DNA of 64,000 nucleotides, from contig DAHVMY010000003.1 of NCBI GenBank assembly GCA_027319585.1, positions 35,115-99,114 on the forward strand. The letters run 5' to 3'. Origin of the DNA: Candidatus Dormiibacterota bacterium. Lineage in GTDB: Bacteria > Chloroflexota > Dormibacteria > Aeolococcales > Bog-877. Positions within the stretch are counted from its first letter, which is position 1, and every line of letters starts with the position of its first letter. The notes beneath the pieces were generated by a model that saw only the letters and a list, made by a program, of their open reading frames with translations, was not told the DNA's origin and did no database searches. Position numbers and translations under genes: made by a program. Below, piece by piece: positions 44,125 to 53,568 of this stretch.

Positions 44125-46449
44125 TCACAGCAGCTGCCCGCCGCGCTCCACAGCCGGGTCGATCAGCCCTTCGCTGCCGCGCATGAGCTGGCGCATCTGC
44201 TCCCCCTGCCGCGGTTCGGCCAGGGCGCTCACGACATCTCCCACCTGAAGCTCGGTCGAACCCGAGGCGAATGTCAGCTCGGCTCCCCGCAGGACGGTCA
44301 CGATGATGCAGCCGGGTGGCAGCTTCACCGAACGCAGCGGCTTTCCGGCCAGCGGAGACCCCTCGCCGATCCGCTCCTCGATGCTCATGGTGTGGCTGCT
44401 GACCTGGGTCATCACCCCGAGGTTGCTGGAGAGCGCCTGCTGGTAGCCGGCCACCACGTCGCCGAAGGTCAGTATCCCCAGGACGTGACGGGCGCCGTCG
44501 GTGACCGTCACCCAATGGCCACCCGCCTGGGTCAGGGCCTCCAGGGCCAGGTCGAGCCTGGCCTTGGCGGCGATGGTGGGGGTGGTGGCATCCACCAGCT
44601 GGGAGAGGGCCGGCGGGGGGTCCTGGGCGGCGGCCCGGGTCAGCACGTCCACGCCGACCGTTCCCAGGTAGATCCCCTGCGAGTCCACGACAGGGGCTCC
44701 GGGGACGGCAGCGCTCAAGGCTGCCGCCAGCGCCTCCTTGACCGATGTTGACTCCGCCAGGACCAGGCGGGGTTCCGTGGCCACCTCGCTCACCTCCACC
44801 CCGCCTAGCAGCGGCAGCCCGAACTGGAGACGCGAGGCTGGCGAATCGGACCGGGTGCGGAGCTGGCTGCGATAGATGCTGTCGTCGAAGCGACGCACGA
44901 TGAAGGTGGCGAGGGCCACCGCCACCATCGCCGGCGCCAGCAGGGAGATGGTCCCGGTCATCTCCGCGACCATCAGCATCACCGCCAGCGGCGCCCGGGC
45001 GATCCCGCCGAAGCACGCCATCATGCCCACGATGACGAACGCGGCCGGGTCGTGCGGCACCCAGGGAGCGACCGGCTCCAGGAGCCGCCAGATCGCGGCC
45101 CCGGTGAAGGCGCCGATCACCATCCCCGGACCGAACACCCCACCGGATCCGCCGGTACCGATGGACAGGGAGGTGGCCAGGATCCGCGCCACCGGGAGCA
45201 GGAGGACCGCGTAAAGGGGGATCTGCAGCAGCTCGGGGCCGAGCCCCTTCTGCACCCAGCCGTAGCCAGTGCCGAGCACCTCGGGCAACCCCAGTGCGAT
45301 CGCCCCCACCAGCAGCCCTCCCAAGGCGGGGCGGAGCTTGCGGCTGATCGGCAGTCTGGCGTTGAGTCCCACGACCCCGTAGAAGCCTTTGGCATAGAGG
45401 ACGCCGATCAGGCCGGCCACCACCCCGATCACCGCAAACCAGATGAGCTGCCCAGGAGCGCTGAAGTGGTATCCCCCCGGGACCAGGAACAAGGAGCGAT
45501 AGCTCTCGAAGGCGCCGAAAATCACATAGGCCACGATCGACGCGGCCAATCCCGGAAAGAGGGCGGCGAACTCGAAGTCGTCCCGGTAGAGGATGTCGGC
45601 GGCCAGCACCGCGCCCCCCAGGGGCGCGCTGAAGATGGCGCCGATGCCCGAGCCGATACCCACCGCGACCGCCAGCCGGCCGTCATCCGGGGAGAGGTCG
45701 AGCACGCGGGCGAGGAGCGACCCGAACCCTGCGCTGATCTGAGCTGTCGGGCCCTCTCGACCTCCCGAACCTCCGGAGCCGATTGTCACCGCCGACGCCA
45801 GGATCTTGACGGCGACCGCCCGGAGCCGAATGCCCCGCGGATTGCGGTGGAAGGACTCGATCGCGGCGTCGGTGCCGTGTCCCTCCGCCTCCGGCGCCCA
45901 GGTGAAGATCAGGAGCCCTGAGATGAGCCCTCCCAGGCCGACCACGAGCGGAATCGCCCACGGTCTGGCGAAGCCCGACGAGCCGGGCTGGTTGCCCTCT
46001 CCTCCGGGGGTGGGGATGTGGTAGCCGGCCAGATCGACCAGGAACAGATGGGTTCCCACCTGGAGGGCGGTGTAGAACAGGACCGCCCCGAGCCCCGCCA
46101 CGATCCCGATCAACACCCCCAGGACCAGCCACCGCTGCGCGTACGGGAGCGCGCTGATGCGACTCCCCAGGCGGCTGCCCAGGGTGCGCCAGCTGATCCA
46201 GCCATCTCCGAAGAGCCGCCCTTCCCAGGTGAGGGCCGCTGTGGTCAGGCCGCGTCGCGGTTGGCTGGGGGGTGCCGCATCGGGCCCTCTGGTGCCAGGG
46301 CGCGCTCCCAGGCGGTGGGCCAGGCCACGCAGATCAGCTGCGGCGCGCTGCCACCGCTTGGCGTGGGGGTCGGCACTCTCCGGATCGCGGTCGGATGCTT
46401 CTTCGGATGGGGGGTGAGGGCGGAGGCGTCGGCGCCAGCGGGAGATCAT
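44125..46449 (-). CDS. ClC-family chloride channel / H+-Cl- antiporter with C-terminal CBS pair and TrkA-C (RCK_C) domain
   Basis: 'GSGGREGPTAQI' and 'GGVFGPGMVIG' selectivity motifs are present. The start was moved to ATG 46449, which overlaps the TetR stop (ATGA). Confidence 0.85.
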   Translation of the reverse strand: MISRWRRRLRPHPPSEEASDRDPESADPHAKRWQRAAADLRGLAHRLGARPGTRGPDAAPPSQPRRGLTTAALTWEGRLFGDGWISWRTLGSRLGSRISALPYAQRWLVLGVLIGIVAGLGAVLFYTALQVGTHLFLVDLAGYHIPTPGGEGNQPGSSGFARPWAIPLVVGLGGLISGLLIFTWAPEAEGHGTDAAIESFHRNPRGIRLRAVAVKILASAVTIGSGGSGGREGPTAQISAGFGSLLARVLDLSPDDGRLAVAVGIGSGIGAIFSAPLGGAVLAADILYRDDFEFAALFPGLAASIVAYVIFGAFESYRSLFLVPGGYHFSAPGQLIWFAVIGVVAGLIGVLYAKGFYGVVGLNARLPISRKLRPALGGLLVGAIALGLPEVLGTGYGWVQKGLGPELLQIPLYAVLLLPVARILATSLSIGTGGSGGVFGPGMVIGAFTGAAIWRLLEPVAPWVPHDPAAFVIVGMMACFGGIARAPLAVMLMVAEMTGTISLLAPAMVAVALATFIVRRFDDSIYRSQLRTRSDSPASRLQFGLPLLGGVEVSEVATEPRLVLAESTSVKEALAAALSAAVPGAPVVDSQGIYLGTVGVDVLTRAAAQDPPPALSQLVDATTPTIAAKARLDLALEALTQAGGHWVTVTDGARHVLGILTFGDVVAGYQQALSSNLGVMTQVSSHTMSIEERIGEGSPLAGKPLRSVKLPPGCIIVTVLRGAELTFASGSTELQVGDVVSALAEPRQGEQMRQLMRGSEGLIDPAVERGGQLL

Positions 46450-47042
46450 CGCGGCTCCAGCGCCCTCAGCAGCAGGTCCACCGTGACCCGGATGTTCTCC
46501 CACTTGAAGGCCTCGGGGTCCAGCCGGGCATGGATGGTCAGCCCATCCCCCAGCGCCAGCATCAGGGACGCCAGCGCGTTGGCGGGGGCGCCGACCAACT
46601 CTCCGCTGGCGACGCCCGCCTCAATCCAGGACCTGAGGATCCGCCTGCGGCGGGCGGTGCTGGCGCCCAGGACCCGGCGCACCCGCGCATCGGAGAGCAT
46701 CGCGGCCCAGAGGTCTGCCGCTATCTGCGCCCGCCCCGGCGCCTGGGCGTGCTCCAACATCGAGGCGGCAAACGATCGGAGGCGCATGAGCGCACTCGGT
46801 TCGGCCGCCGCAAGTTTGGCCATGTGGTCCTCCATGGCATGGGCATCGTCCTCGAGGAGCGCCAGCAGCAGCGCCTCCTTGTGGGGGAAGTAGCCGTAGA
46901 AGGCACCCTTGCTGATCGAAGCCTGCAGGCAGATCTCGTCCACCGACAGGTCCGCGTAGGAGCTCTTGGCCAGGCATTGCCAGCCTGATTCGATCAGGCG
47001 CTGGCGGCGATCGGCGCGCGTGGCCTCGCTCAGCTTGGGCAC
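46446..47042 (-). CDS. TetR/AcrR family transcriptional regulator
   Basis: HTH 'LSVDEICLQASISKGAFYGYFPHKEALL' is present. GTG start at 47042, with a palindrome just upstream. Confidence 0.8.
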   Translation of the reverse strand: MPKLSEATRADRRQRLIESGWQCLAKSSYADLSVDEICLQASISKGAFYGYFPHKEALLLALLEDDAHAMEDHMAKLAAAEPSALMRLRSFAASMLEHAQAPGRAQIAADLWAAMLSDARVRRVLGASTARRRRILRSWIEAGVASGELVGAPANALASLMLALGDGLTIHARLDPEAFKWENIRVTVDLLLRALEPR

Positions 47043-47053
47043 CTGCTCATGAT

Positions 47054-47071
47054 AAACCGACCAGTCGGTCT
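47054..47071. promoter_or_regulatory. Candidate TetR operator
   Basis: The inverted repeat ACCGAC-CA-GTCGGT (47056-47069) starts 14 nt upstream of the TetR GTG (minus-strand direction). Confidence 0.35.
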
Positions 47072-47143
47072 TTTTCGAAGCGCGACCAACCTCGCCTGAC
47101 CCCCGTGCCCGGCCCTTGCTAGGCCGCGGCGCGTCCGGGGCTG

Positions 47144-47530
47144 TCAGGGCTCCTCCGGGTCCTCCTCGGGCTCGCTGAAGGCACCCAGCAGGTGCTCGGA
47201 TCCCTCCTCGAAGGAGAAGACGCTGCCGCAGGCAGGGCACTCCAACTGCGAGCTGGGGTCAGGGTCGTCCGGAGGCAGAAGGCGCGCCTGGCATGAGGGG
47301 CAGACCACCGTCGCCATCGCTGCGGCACCGAGGTCGCGAGCCCGGGCGGCCGCGGCGGCGGCGAGATCGATCGCGACCGACCCACAGATCTCGCAGCGGA
47401 AGGAGGCCAGGCGGTCCTCGTGGCTCAAATACCGGCCCTGCGGATCCACGAAGACCGCGCCCCCGATCAGCTCGAAGCGCCCCGGTTGGCAACCATATGG
47501 GCAGACCAGGTGGCGTCTCCCGGCGGTCAA
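47144..47530 (-). CDS. Hypothetical double zinc-ribbon protein with an acidic tail
   Basis: TTG 47530 lies 7 nt after the dus stop. Two Cys4 units are seen: 'CPYGC...CEIC' and 'CPSC...CPAC'. The track's longer ORF overlaps dus. Confidence 0.5.
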   Translation of the reverse strand: MTAGRRHLVCPYGCQPGRFELIGGAVFVDPQGRYLSHEDRLASFRCEICGSVAIDLAAAAAARARDLGAAAMATVVCPSCQARLLPPDDPDPSSQLECPACGSVFSFEEGSEHLLGAFSEPEEDPEEP

Positions 47531-47537
47531 GCCGAAG

Positions 47538-48593
47538 TCACCCCTCGCCGCTGGAGAACGAAGGCTGATGCCATCCCTGGGGTCCCTCGCCAGCGGCTTG
47601 GATCTCCTCATACATCTCGTCCAGGTCAGCTTGCGTGTGGAGGTCTGCGACTCGGGCGCGCAGCCGGGCGGCACCACCGCAGCCCTTGATGGCCCACACC
47701 ACGTACTTGCGGGCCAGGCGCACCCCCCGCTGCTCCCCGTGGTGGTCCACCACCGCATCCCAGTGCCGACGGGCCAGGTCCAGGCGTTCACCGAAGGTCG
47801 GCTCCGGTCCCGGCTCCCCGAAGCGGAGCTGGGAGACGGTCCGGGGCAGCAGATGCCAGTCCCCCATCATGCCGCGCGCGATCACCACGCCGTCGACGGT
47901 TCCCGACCGGATGTGCCGTTCCACCTCCTGGGGATCGCGCACGTCGCCGGAGCCCAGCACGGGAATGTGGCGCACGGACTCCTTCACGCGGGCGATCTCC
48001 CGCCAGTCGGCGTAGCCGGTGTAGCGCTGAGCCCGGGTGCGGCCATGGATGGTGACCGCCGCGACCCCGACATCCTCCAGCGCTCGGCACAGCTCTGGGG
48101 CGTTGATGCTCTGGTGATCCCAGCCCAGGCGCATCTTGGCAGTGACGGGCACCGGCACGGCGTCGACCATCGCCTGCAGGACGCGGACGGTGGCAGGGAT
48201 CTCACGGGCGAGGGCGGCGCCCGACCCCAACTTCACCACCTTGGGTACCGGACACCCCAGGTTGACGTCGATCAGGTCGGCACCCCTGGCCACGCAGACC
48301 TGGGCGGCGTCGGCCATCATCTGGGGGTCGCATCCGACCAGCTGAGCGGCCACGGGGTGCTCGCTCTGGTCCAGGTCGATCACCCGCTCCAGCAGAGGGT
48401 CCGGAGCCCGCACGACCGCCGCCGCCGCCGTCATCTCCGTGCAGGTCAGCCCCGCGCCCAGCTCACGGGCGAGATCGCGGAATGGCCGGTCGGTGATCCC
48501 GGCCATGGGCGCGATGAAGATCGGGTTGTCCAGGGTCACGGTTCCGATCCGAAGGGAGCCGGTATCGGCCTGGCGAGGAGATGGGGTGCTCAC
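47538..48593 (-). CDS. dus: tRNA-dihydrouridine synthase
   Basis: 'FIAPMAGITD' and 'DVNLGCPVPKV' are present. The start is GTG 48593 or TTG 48599; the upstream track extension is non-coding-like. Confidence 0.85.
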   Translation of the reverse strand: MSTPSPRQADTGSLRIGTVTLDNPIFIAPMAGITDRPFRDLARELGAGLTCTEMTAAAAVVRAPDPLLERVIDLDQSEHPVAAQLVGCDPQMMADAAQVCVARGADLIDVNLGCPVPKVVKLGSGAALAREIPATVRVLQAMVDAVPVPVTAKMRLGWDHQSINAPELCRALEDVGVAAVTIHGRTRAQRYTGYADWREIARVKESVRHIPVLGSGDVRDPQEVERHIRSGTVDGVVIARGMMGDWHLLPRTVSQLRFGEPGPEPTFGERLDLARRHWDAVVDHHGEQRGVRLARKYVVWAIKGCGGAARLRARVADLHTQADLDEMYEEIQAAGEGPQGWHQPSFSSGEG

Positions 48594-48772
48594 GGACAAT
48601 GTGGGCTTACCTCTGATCAAGAGTGGTGGCGCGGCCAGGTGGCGGCGCGCCCAATCTCCCAGTATCGACCATCGCCGACGGGGCCGCGCCGCTGCAACGG
48701 CCAGGGCGGGACGCCCGATATAGTCGGCAGCCAAGAAGATGGCGTCATTCCCGATTGGCGGAGGGCCCCAAG

Positions 48773-49543
48773 GTGCTGCTCGCGCTCGACGTCGGCAATT
48801 CCAACCTGACCATCGGCATCTTCGAGCAAGACCGCTTGGTCGCGCACGGGCGGTTCGCGACCCGGCGGGACGCGACCCCCGACGAGCTCGGTGGGCAGCT
48901 TCTGACATTCCTCCAGCAGCGGCGGCTGCCGGCGGCGATGGACCGGGTCGCGATCAGCTCGGTGGTGCCGCCTCTCACCCAGCCCCTGGTGGAGATGAGC
49001 CAAACCTATTTCCGCGTTGCCGCGCTGGTGGTCGGCCTCGGGACCGAGACGGGGATGCAGATTCACTATGACCCGGCCCGGGACGTCGGCGCCGACCGGA
49101 TCGTGACCGCGGTCGGGGTGCATCACCGTTACGGCGGTCCCGCGATCATGGTCAGCTTCGGCACCGCCACGGTCTTCGACGCGATCGACGAGCGGGGCGA
49201 CTACTTGGGCGGGGCGATCGCGCCCGGCCTGCAGCTGTCGGTCGACGCCCTCTTCGCTCGCGCCTCCCGCCTGCCCCGGGTGGACCTGGTCGCCCCCGGC
49301 ACAGTCCTGGGTCGGACCACGGTGAGCTCGATGCAGGCGGGCATCATGTACGGCGCGGCCGCGCAGGCCGAGGGGATGATCGCCCGGATCCGGGCCGAGC
49401 TGGCCATCCCAGTCAAGGTGGTCGCCACCGGGGGGCTCTCCCCGGTCATCGCCCCACTGGTGAACGGCATCGACTTCGTCGACCCCTTCGTCCTGCTGGA
49501 GGGACTTCGAGTTCTGGCGGAGCTGAACCCGGCCAGCCCATGA
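48773..49543 (+). CDS. coaX: Type III pantothenate kinase
   Basis: GTG 48773 has GGAGG 9 nt upstream. 'LALDVGNSN' is present, and the 256-aa length is typical. Confidence 0.85.
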   Translation: MLLALDVGNSNLTIGIFEQDRLVAHGRFATRRDATPDELGGQLLTFLQQRRLPAAMDRVAISSVVPPLTQPLVEMSQTYFRVAALVVGLGTETGMQIHYDPARDVGADRIVTAVGVHHRYGGPAIMVSFGTATVFDAIDERGDYLGGAIAPGLQLSVDALFARASRLPRVDLVAPGTVLGRTTVSSMQAGIMYGAAAQAEGMIARIRAELAIPVKVVATGGLSPVIAPLVNGIDFVDPFVLLEGLRVLAELNPASP

Positions 49544-49552
49544 GTCCCCCAG

Positions 49553-49588
49553 CCAAAGAAAAAGGGCGCCCCCCGAAAGGGACGCCCC
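49553..49588 (-). terminator. Intrinsic-terminator-like hairpin plus U-tract, oriented for a minus-strand transcript
   Basis: The minus strand reads GGGCGUCCC-UUUC-GGGGGGCGCCC followed by UUUUUCUUU. On the plus strand the hairpin has a C-A mismatch and no T-tract. Confidence 0.35.
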
Positions 49589-49716
49589 GAGAGGGGGGGG
49601 CTAGTTGAGGGCTCGGACCTCCACGCTCCGAAACCAACGTTAGAGTAGCACCCCGTGTTGGGGGCGGCAAATTCCGAACTGGTGAAGGACCCGCTACAGC
49701 TGTGTCGAAGCGCAGC

Positions 49717-49745
49717 TTGCGATACCCGCAAGGTTTAGGTAGACT
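49717..49745 (+). promoter_or_regulatory. Candidate sigma-70/sigA-type promoter for greA
   Basis: TTGCGA-17 nt-TAGACT lies about 85 nt upstream of the greA ATG. AAGGAG sits 11 nt before the ATG. Confidence 0.3.
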
Positions 49746-49828
49746 TCCAATTCCCCGGCCCGTGCCATCACCTTAGGCACGAGGGGAGCCACTGAGGCCG
49801 GTCGTACCCGGCAAGGAGCGATGGAGCC

Positions 49829-50296
49829 ATGCAGGACAAGCCAGTACTCCTGACCCAGGAGGGTCTGCAGAAGCTGCAGGAGGAGCTAGACCACCTGATC
49901 AACGTGCGGCGCCCAGAGATCGCGCAGCGGATCAAGCATGCCAAGGAGTTCGGCGACCTCAGTGAGAACGCCGAGTATGAGGACGCCAAGAACGACCAGG
50001 GGTTCGTCGAGGGCCGGATCATGACCATCGAGCAGATGATCCGCAACGCCAGCCTCATCGACACTGATGAGAAGGTTGATGGATTCGTGCACCTCGGATC
50101 GACCGTGAACGTCAAGGATGAGTTCGGGGAGACCAGCTACACGATCGTGGGCTCCGCCGAAGCCGACGCGGGGTCGGGCAAGATCTCCCTCGAGTCGCCC
50201 GTGGGCAAGGCGTTGATGGGACGCCGCAGCGGCGACGAGGTCGAGGTGGAGACTCCGGGCGGGTCGCGCCGGGTCCAGATTCTCCAGGTGGCGTGA
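49829..50296 (+). CDS. greA: Transcription elongation factor GreA
   Basis: 'GDLSENAEYEDAK' is present; 155 aa. Confidence 0.95.
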   Translation: MQDKPVLLTQEGLQKLQEELDHLINVRRPEIAQRIKHAKEFGDLSENAEYEDAKNDQGFVEGRIMTIEQMIRNASLIDTDEKVDGFVHLGSTVNVKDEFGETSYTIVGSAEADAGSGKISLESPVGKALMGRRSGDEVEVETPGGSRRVQILQVA

Positions 50297-51795
50297 GTCC
50301 CGCGCCGCCCGCCGGCGGCGAGCCACTGCCGGAGGCGCTCGCGGACCGGCGACGCAAGGCGCTCGCTCTGCGTGACCGGGGGATCAGTCCCTGGGGGGTT
50401 GACTTCCACCCCAGCCATACTTGCCGACAGGCCAACGACCTCGCTCCGCAAGAACCGGGCCCGGTGGGTGAGTCCGTGCTGGTGGCGGGCAGGCTGCTGC
50501 GGATCCGGCGCACAGGCGGGATCGCGTTCGCCGACTGCTTCGACGAGTCGGGCAGGATTCAGCTTCTGATCAGCCGGGAGGTTCCGGCCGCCATGGAGTT
50601 GCTGGACGAACTGGATGTGGGGGACATCGTGGGAGCCCAAGGCAGGGTGACCCGGTCCCGCTCCGGGCAGCCCAGCGTACTGGTAGAGCGGCTCACGCTG
50701 CTGGCCAAGGCCCTGCGACCCCCGGCGGCCAAGCACCGAGGGGTGGTGGATCCCGAGCTGAGGTACCGGAGGCGGTATCTGGACCTCCTCTCGGACCCCC
50801 AGCATCGTCTGGTGTTCAAGCAGCGCTCCGCGATCGTCTCGGCCCTGCGATCGGAGCTGGAGCAGCGGGGTTACCTGGAGGTCGAGACCCCGATCCTGCA
50901 GCCGATTCCGGGAGGCGGGGATGCTCGTCCGTTCCGGTCGCACCACAATGCACTGGACTCCGACTTCTACCTGCGCATCGCGATCGAGCTGTACCTGAAG
51001 CGGCTGCTGGTGGCCGGGTTCGAGCGGGTGTTCGAGATCGGGCGCACCTTCCGCAACGAGGGGCTCTCCCCTCGGCACAACCCGGAGTTCACCCTCCTGG
51101 AGGCCTACGAGGCCTACGGCGACCTGGAATCGATGATGGAGCTGTGCCAGGCTCTGGTCCAGTCTGCCTGTGCCGCGTCAGCGGCCCTGGGGGGCGAGCC
51201 GCCGGAGATGTTGGTGAAGCCGTTCGCGGTCACCACCATGTCCGACCTTGTCCTGGAGACGGTCGGCTTCGACGCGATCGGTCTGTGGGATGCTCCGGAG
51301 GAGATGCGAGCCCGGGCCGGTCGCCTTGGCGTCCACCTTCCGGCCGAAGCCCTGCCCGGGAGGGTACTCTTCGAGGTCTACGATCAGCTGGTGGAGCCCA
51401 AGATCACCCAACCGACGTTTGTCGTCGGCCATCCTGCGGACGTTTCACCCCTGGCGCGTCGGGGGGATGACCCCAGGTTCGCGAAGCGGTTCGAGCTGGT
51501 GGTGGGGGGCCGGGAACTTGCCAACGCCTTCTCGGAGTTGAACGATCCCTTGGAGCAGAGGGAGCGGCTCTTGGAGCAGGCGCGGCGGCGGAGGGCTGGC
51601 GATGTCGAAGCGCAGCCGTTCGACCTGGACTTCGTCGAAGCGTTGGAGCATGGGATGCCGCCAGCGGGGGGGATCGGGATGGGGGTCGACCGGCTCGTGA
51701 TGCTGGTGACCGGAGCCGAGAGCATCCGCGACGTGCTGCTGTTCCCCACGCTGCGCCCGTTGCCCGAGGGCGACCACGGTTCTCGTACCCTTTAG
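50293..51795 (+). CDS. lysS: Lysine--tRNA ligase (class II)
   Basis: GTG overlaps the greA stop (GTGA). 'FRNEGLSPRHNPEFT' is present. Confidence 0.95.
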   Translation: MSPAPPAGGEPLPEALADRRRKALALRDRGISPWGVDFHPSHTCRQANDLAPQEPGPVGESVLVAGRLLRIRRTGGIAFADCFDESGRIQLLISREVPAAMELLDELDVGDIVGAQGRVTRSRSGQPSVLVERLTLLAKALRPPAAKHRGVVDPELRYRRRYLDLLSDPQHRLVFKQRSAIVSALRSELEQRGYLEVETPILQPIPGGGDARPFRSHHNALDSDFYLRIAIELYLKRLLVAGFERVFEIGRTFRNEGLSPRHNPEFTLLEAYEAYGDLESMMELCQALVQSACAASAALGGEPPEMLVKPFAVTTMSDLVLETVGFDAIGLWDAPEEMRARAGRLGVHLPAEALPGRVLFEVYDQLVEPKITQPTFVVGHPADVSPLARRGDDPRFAKRFELVVGGRELANAFSELNDPLEQRERLLEQARRRRAGDVEAQPFDLDFVEALEHGMPPAGGIGMGVDRLVMLVTGAESIRDVLLFPTLRPLPEGDHGSRTL

Positions 51796-51798
51796 GGT

Positions 51799-53079
51799 GT
51801 GCTCGCACTTCAGTTCATTCGCGATCACCCTGATTTGGTCAGGGAGGGAGCTCGCAGGAAGGGCGAGGATGCCCCGATCGACGAGATCCTCGCGCTCGAC
51901 CGGGACCACCGGCTGCTCGTCGGCGAGGAGGAGTCGCTGCGTGCTGAGCTGAGGTCCAGTTCGGCCAGGTTCCAGGAGCTGCCCGCCGGCGGCGAGGCGC
52001 AAGAGGCGCTCCGTGGAGAGCTGGGGGCGCTCAAGCTGCGGGTGCAGGAGTTCGCCCAGCGGCGCAAGGAGATGGAGAGCCGACTTCAAGGGCTGCTCCT
52101 GGTGGTCCCCAACCCTCCCCACGAATCGGTCCCTGACGGCACCGGAGACGACGACAACCAGGTGGTCAGGACCTGGGGTGACCGTCCGCAGTTTGACTTC
52201 GAACCCCAGACTCATTACGACCTGGGGGACAGGCTCGGGATCTTCGACTTCGAGCGCGCGGTCAAGATTTCCGGCAGCCGGTTCGCGGTGCTACGGGGCG
52301 CGGGTGCGCGCCTGGAACGGGCACTCAGTTCGCTGATGTTGGATCTGGCCACGCGGGAGCACGGCTACCTGGAGGTCGCCCCTCCGTACATGGTGAGTCG
52401 CGAGTGCATGACCGGGACCGCCAACCTGCCCAAGTTCGAGGAGGACGCCTTCCACGTGGTGGAGGGTGACCGGTTCTTGATCCCCACCGCCGAGGTCCCG
52501 GTCACCAACCTGTACCGGGAGGAGATTCTGGACCGAGAGCGCCTGCCCATCCGGCATGTCGCGTGGACCCCCTGCTGGCGCAGTGAGGCGGGGGCTCCGG
52601 GGCGGGATACCAGGGGCTATGTTCGCCTACACCAGTTCAGCAAGGTGGAATTGGTGAAGTTCGTCCATCCCGAGGGGTCGTTGGAGGAGTTGGAAACGCT
52701 GGTCCAGGATGCGGAGTCGGTGCTGCAGGCGCTGGGGCTGCACTACCGAGTCCGGCTCATGTGCAGCGGGGACATGGGTTTCGCGCAGTGGAAGAAGTAC
52801 GACATCGACGCCTGGGCGCCCGGTATGGATCGTTACCTGGAGGTGTCATCCTGCTCGGTCTTCGGTGATTTCCAGGCTCGCCGGGCCAACATCCGGTTTC
52901 GCACCGCGGGGGGCAAGCCCGAGTTTGTCCACACCCTGAATGGCAGCGCCCTGGCGCTGCCCCGAACCTTGGATTGCCTGGTCGAGTCCTACCAGACCAA
53001 GGATGGGGGGATTCGGATTCCCGACGCGCTCCGACCGTATCTGGCGGGCCTCGAGGAGATCCTTCCGCCAGCCAATTGA
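51799..53079 (+). CDS. serS: Serine--tRNA ligase
   Basis: The N-terminal coiled coil starts '[14 protein letters not shown]'. Class II motifs '[10 protein letters not shown]' and '[20 protein letters not shown]' are present. Confidence 0.95.
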   Translation: MLALQFIRDHPDLVREGARRKGEDAPIDEILALDRDHRLLVGEEESLRAELRSSSARFQELPAGGEAQEALRGELGALKLRVQEFAQRRKEMESRLQGLLLVVPNPPHESVPDGTGDDDNQVVRTWGDRPQFDFEPQTHYDLGDRLGIFDFERAVKISGSRFAVLRGAGARLERALSSLMLDLATREHGYLEVAPPYMVSRECMTGTANLPKFEEDAFHVVEGDRFLIPTAEVPVTNLYREEILDRERLPIRHVAWTPCWRSEAGAPGRDTRGYVRLHQFSKVELVKFVHPEGSLEELETLVQDAESVLQALGLHYRVRLMCSGDMGFAQWKKYDIDAWAPGMDRYLEVSSCSVFGDFQARRANIRFRTAGGKPEFVHTLNGSALALPRTLDCLVESYQTKDGGIRIPDALRPYLAGLEEILPPAN

Positions 53080-53568
53080 GTTGGTCTGCGGCGGCGCCGA
53101 TCGCCACTGACCGAGGATGCCCACGAACCCAGGGCAAAGGGTGCTTGCGGATGCTCCGATCGCGCCCGACGGAGGGTCGTGCCGGGCGGTTTCGGGCGCG
53201 CACGGCCACGTTGCGGAGGGCTGAGCGATTGCGGTGGACTCGCTCCACGTCGGGTGGGCCAACGGGACCGATCTGAAACGGTGGTATGGCACAGAGCACC
53301 GGGCGCGAAATTGCCGGGAAGTTGAAGGCGCGCGCGAAGGGGTCGACGTCAGCCCCTGAAAATCGCCCATAACCCACGGTTGCGCGCCTCAAGGCGGGCC
53401 ACATGGGGGTCCGGACGACCTCCCATCGGACGGCTGCCAGCCTTGGGGCACCCGGCCGAGTGGTCCAGCGCCGGTGAGCCAAGGCGTCCCGATCAAGGCG
53501 CCACCGCGTCCCCGCCGACGCGACTGTCCGTGCCCCAACGGGTCATTTGCGAGGCGCCGGTGCGGGAA

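Noticed and set aside
47568-48809. 413-aa plus-strand ORF
   Set aside because: It is antisense to dus, which carries conserved Dus motifs.
49590-49716. Possible SRP RNA, 6S RNA, tmRNA, 6C RNA or a riboswitch in the coaX-greA spacer
   Set aside because: I could not find the diagnostic motifs on either strand. Missing are the SRP 'AGGUCCGGAAGGAAGCAGC' region, the tmRNA tRNA-like ends, paired C-rich loops, and known riboswitch cores. It is kept only as an unclassified sRNA candidate.
53080-53568. Track ORFs 52757..53482 (-), 52846..53370 (-), 52974..53276 (+) and 53380..53583 (+) in the serS downstream spacer
   Set aside because: They are mutually overlapping and low complexity, partly antisense to serS, with no motif and a weak codon-position signal. 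The region is treated as non-coding or decayed.
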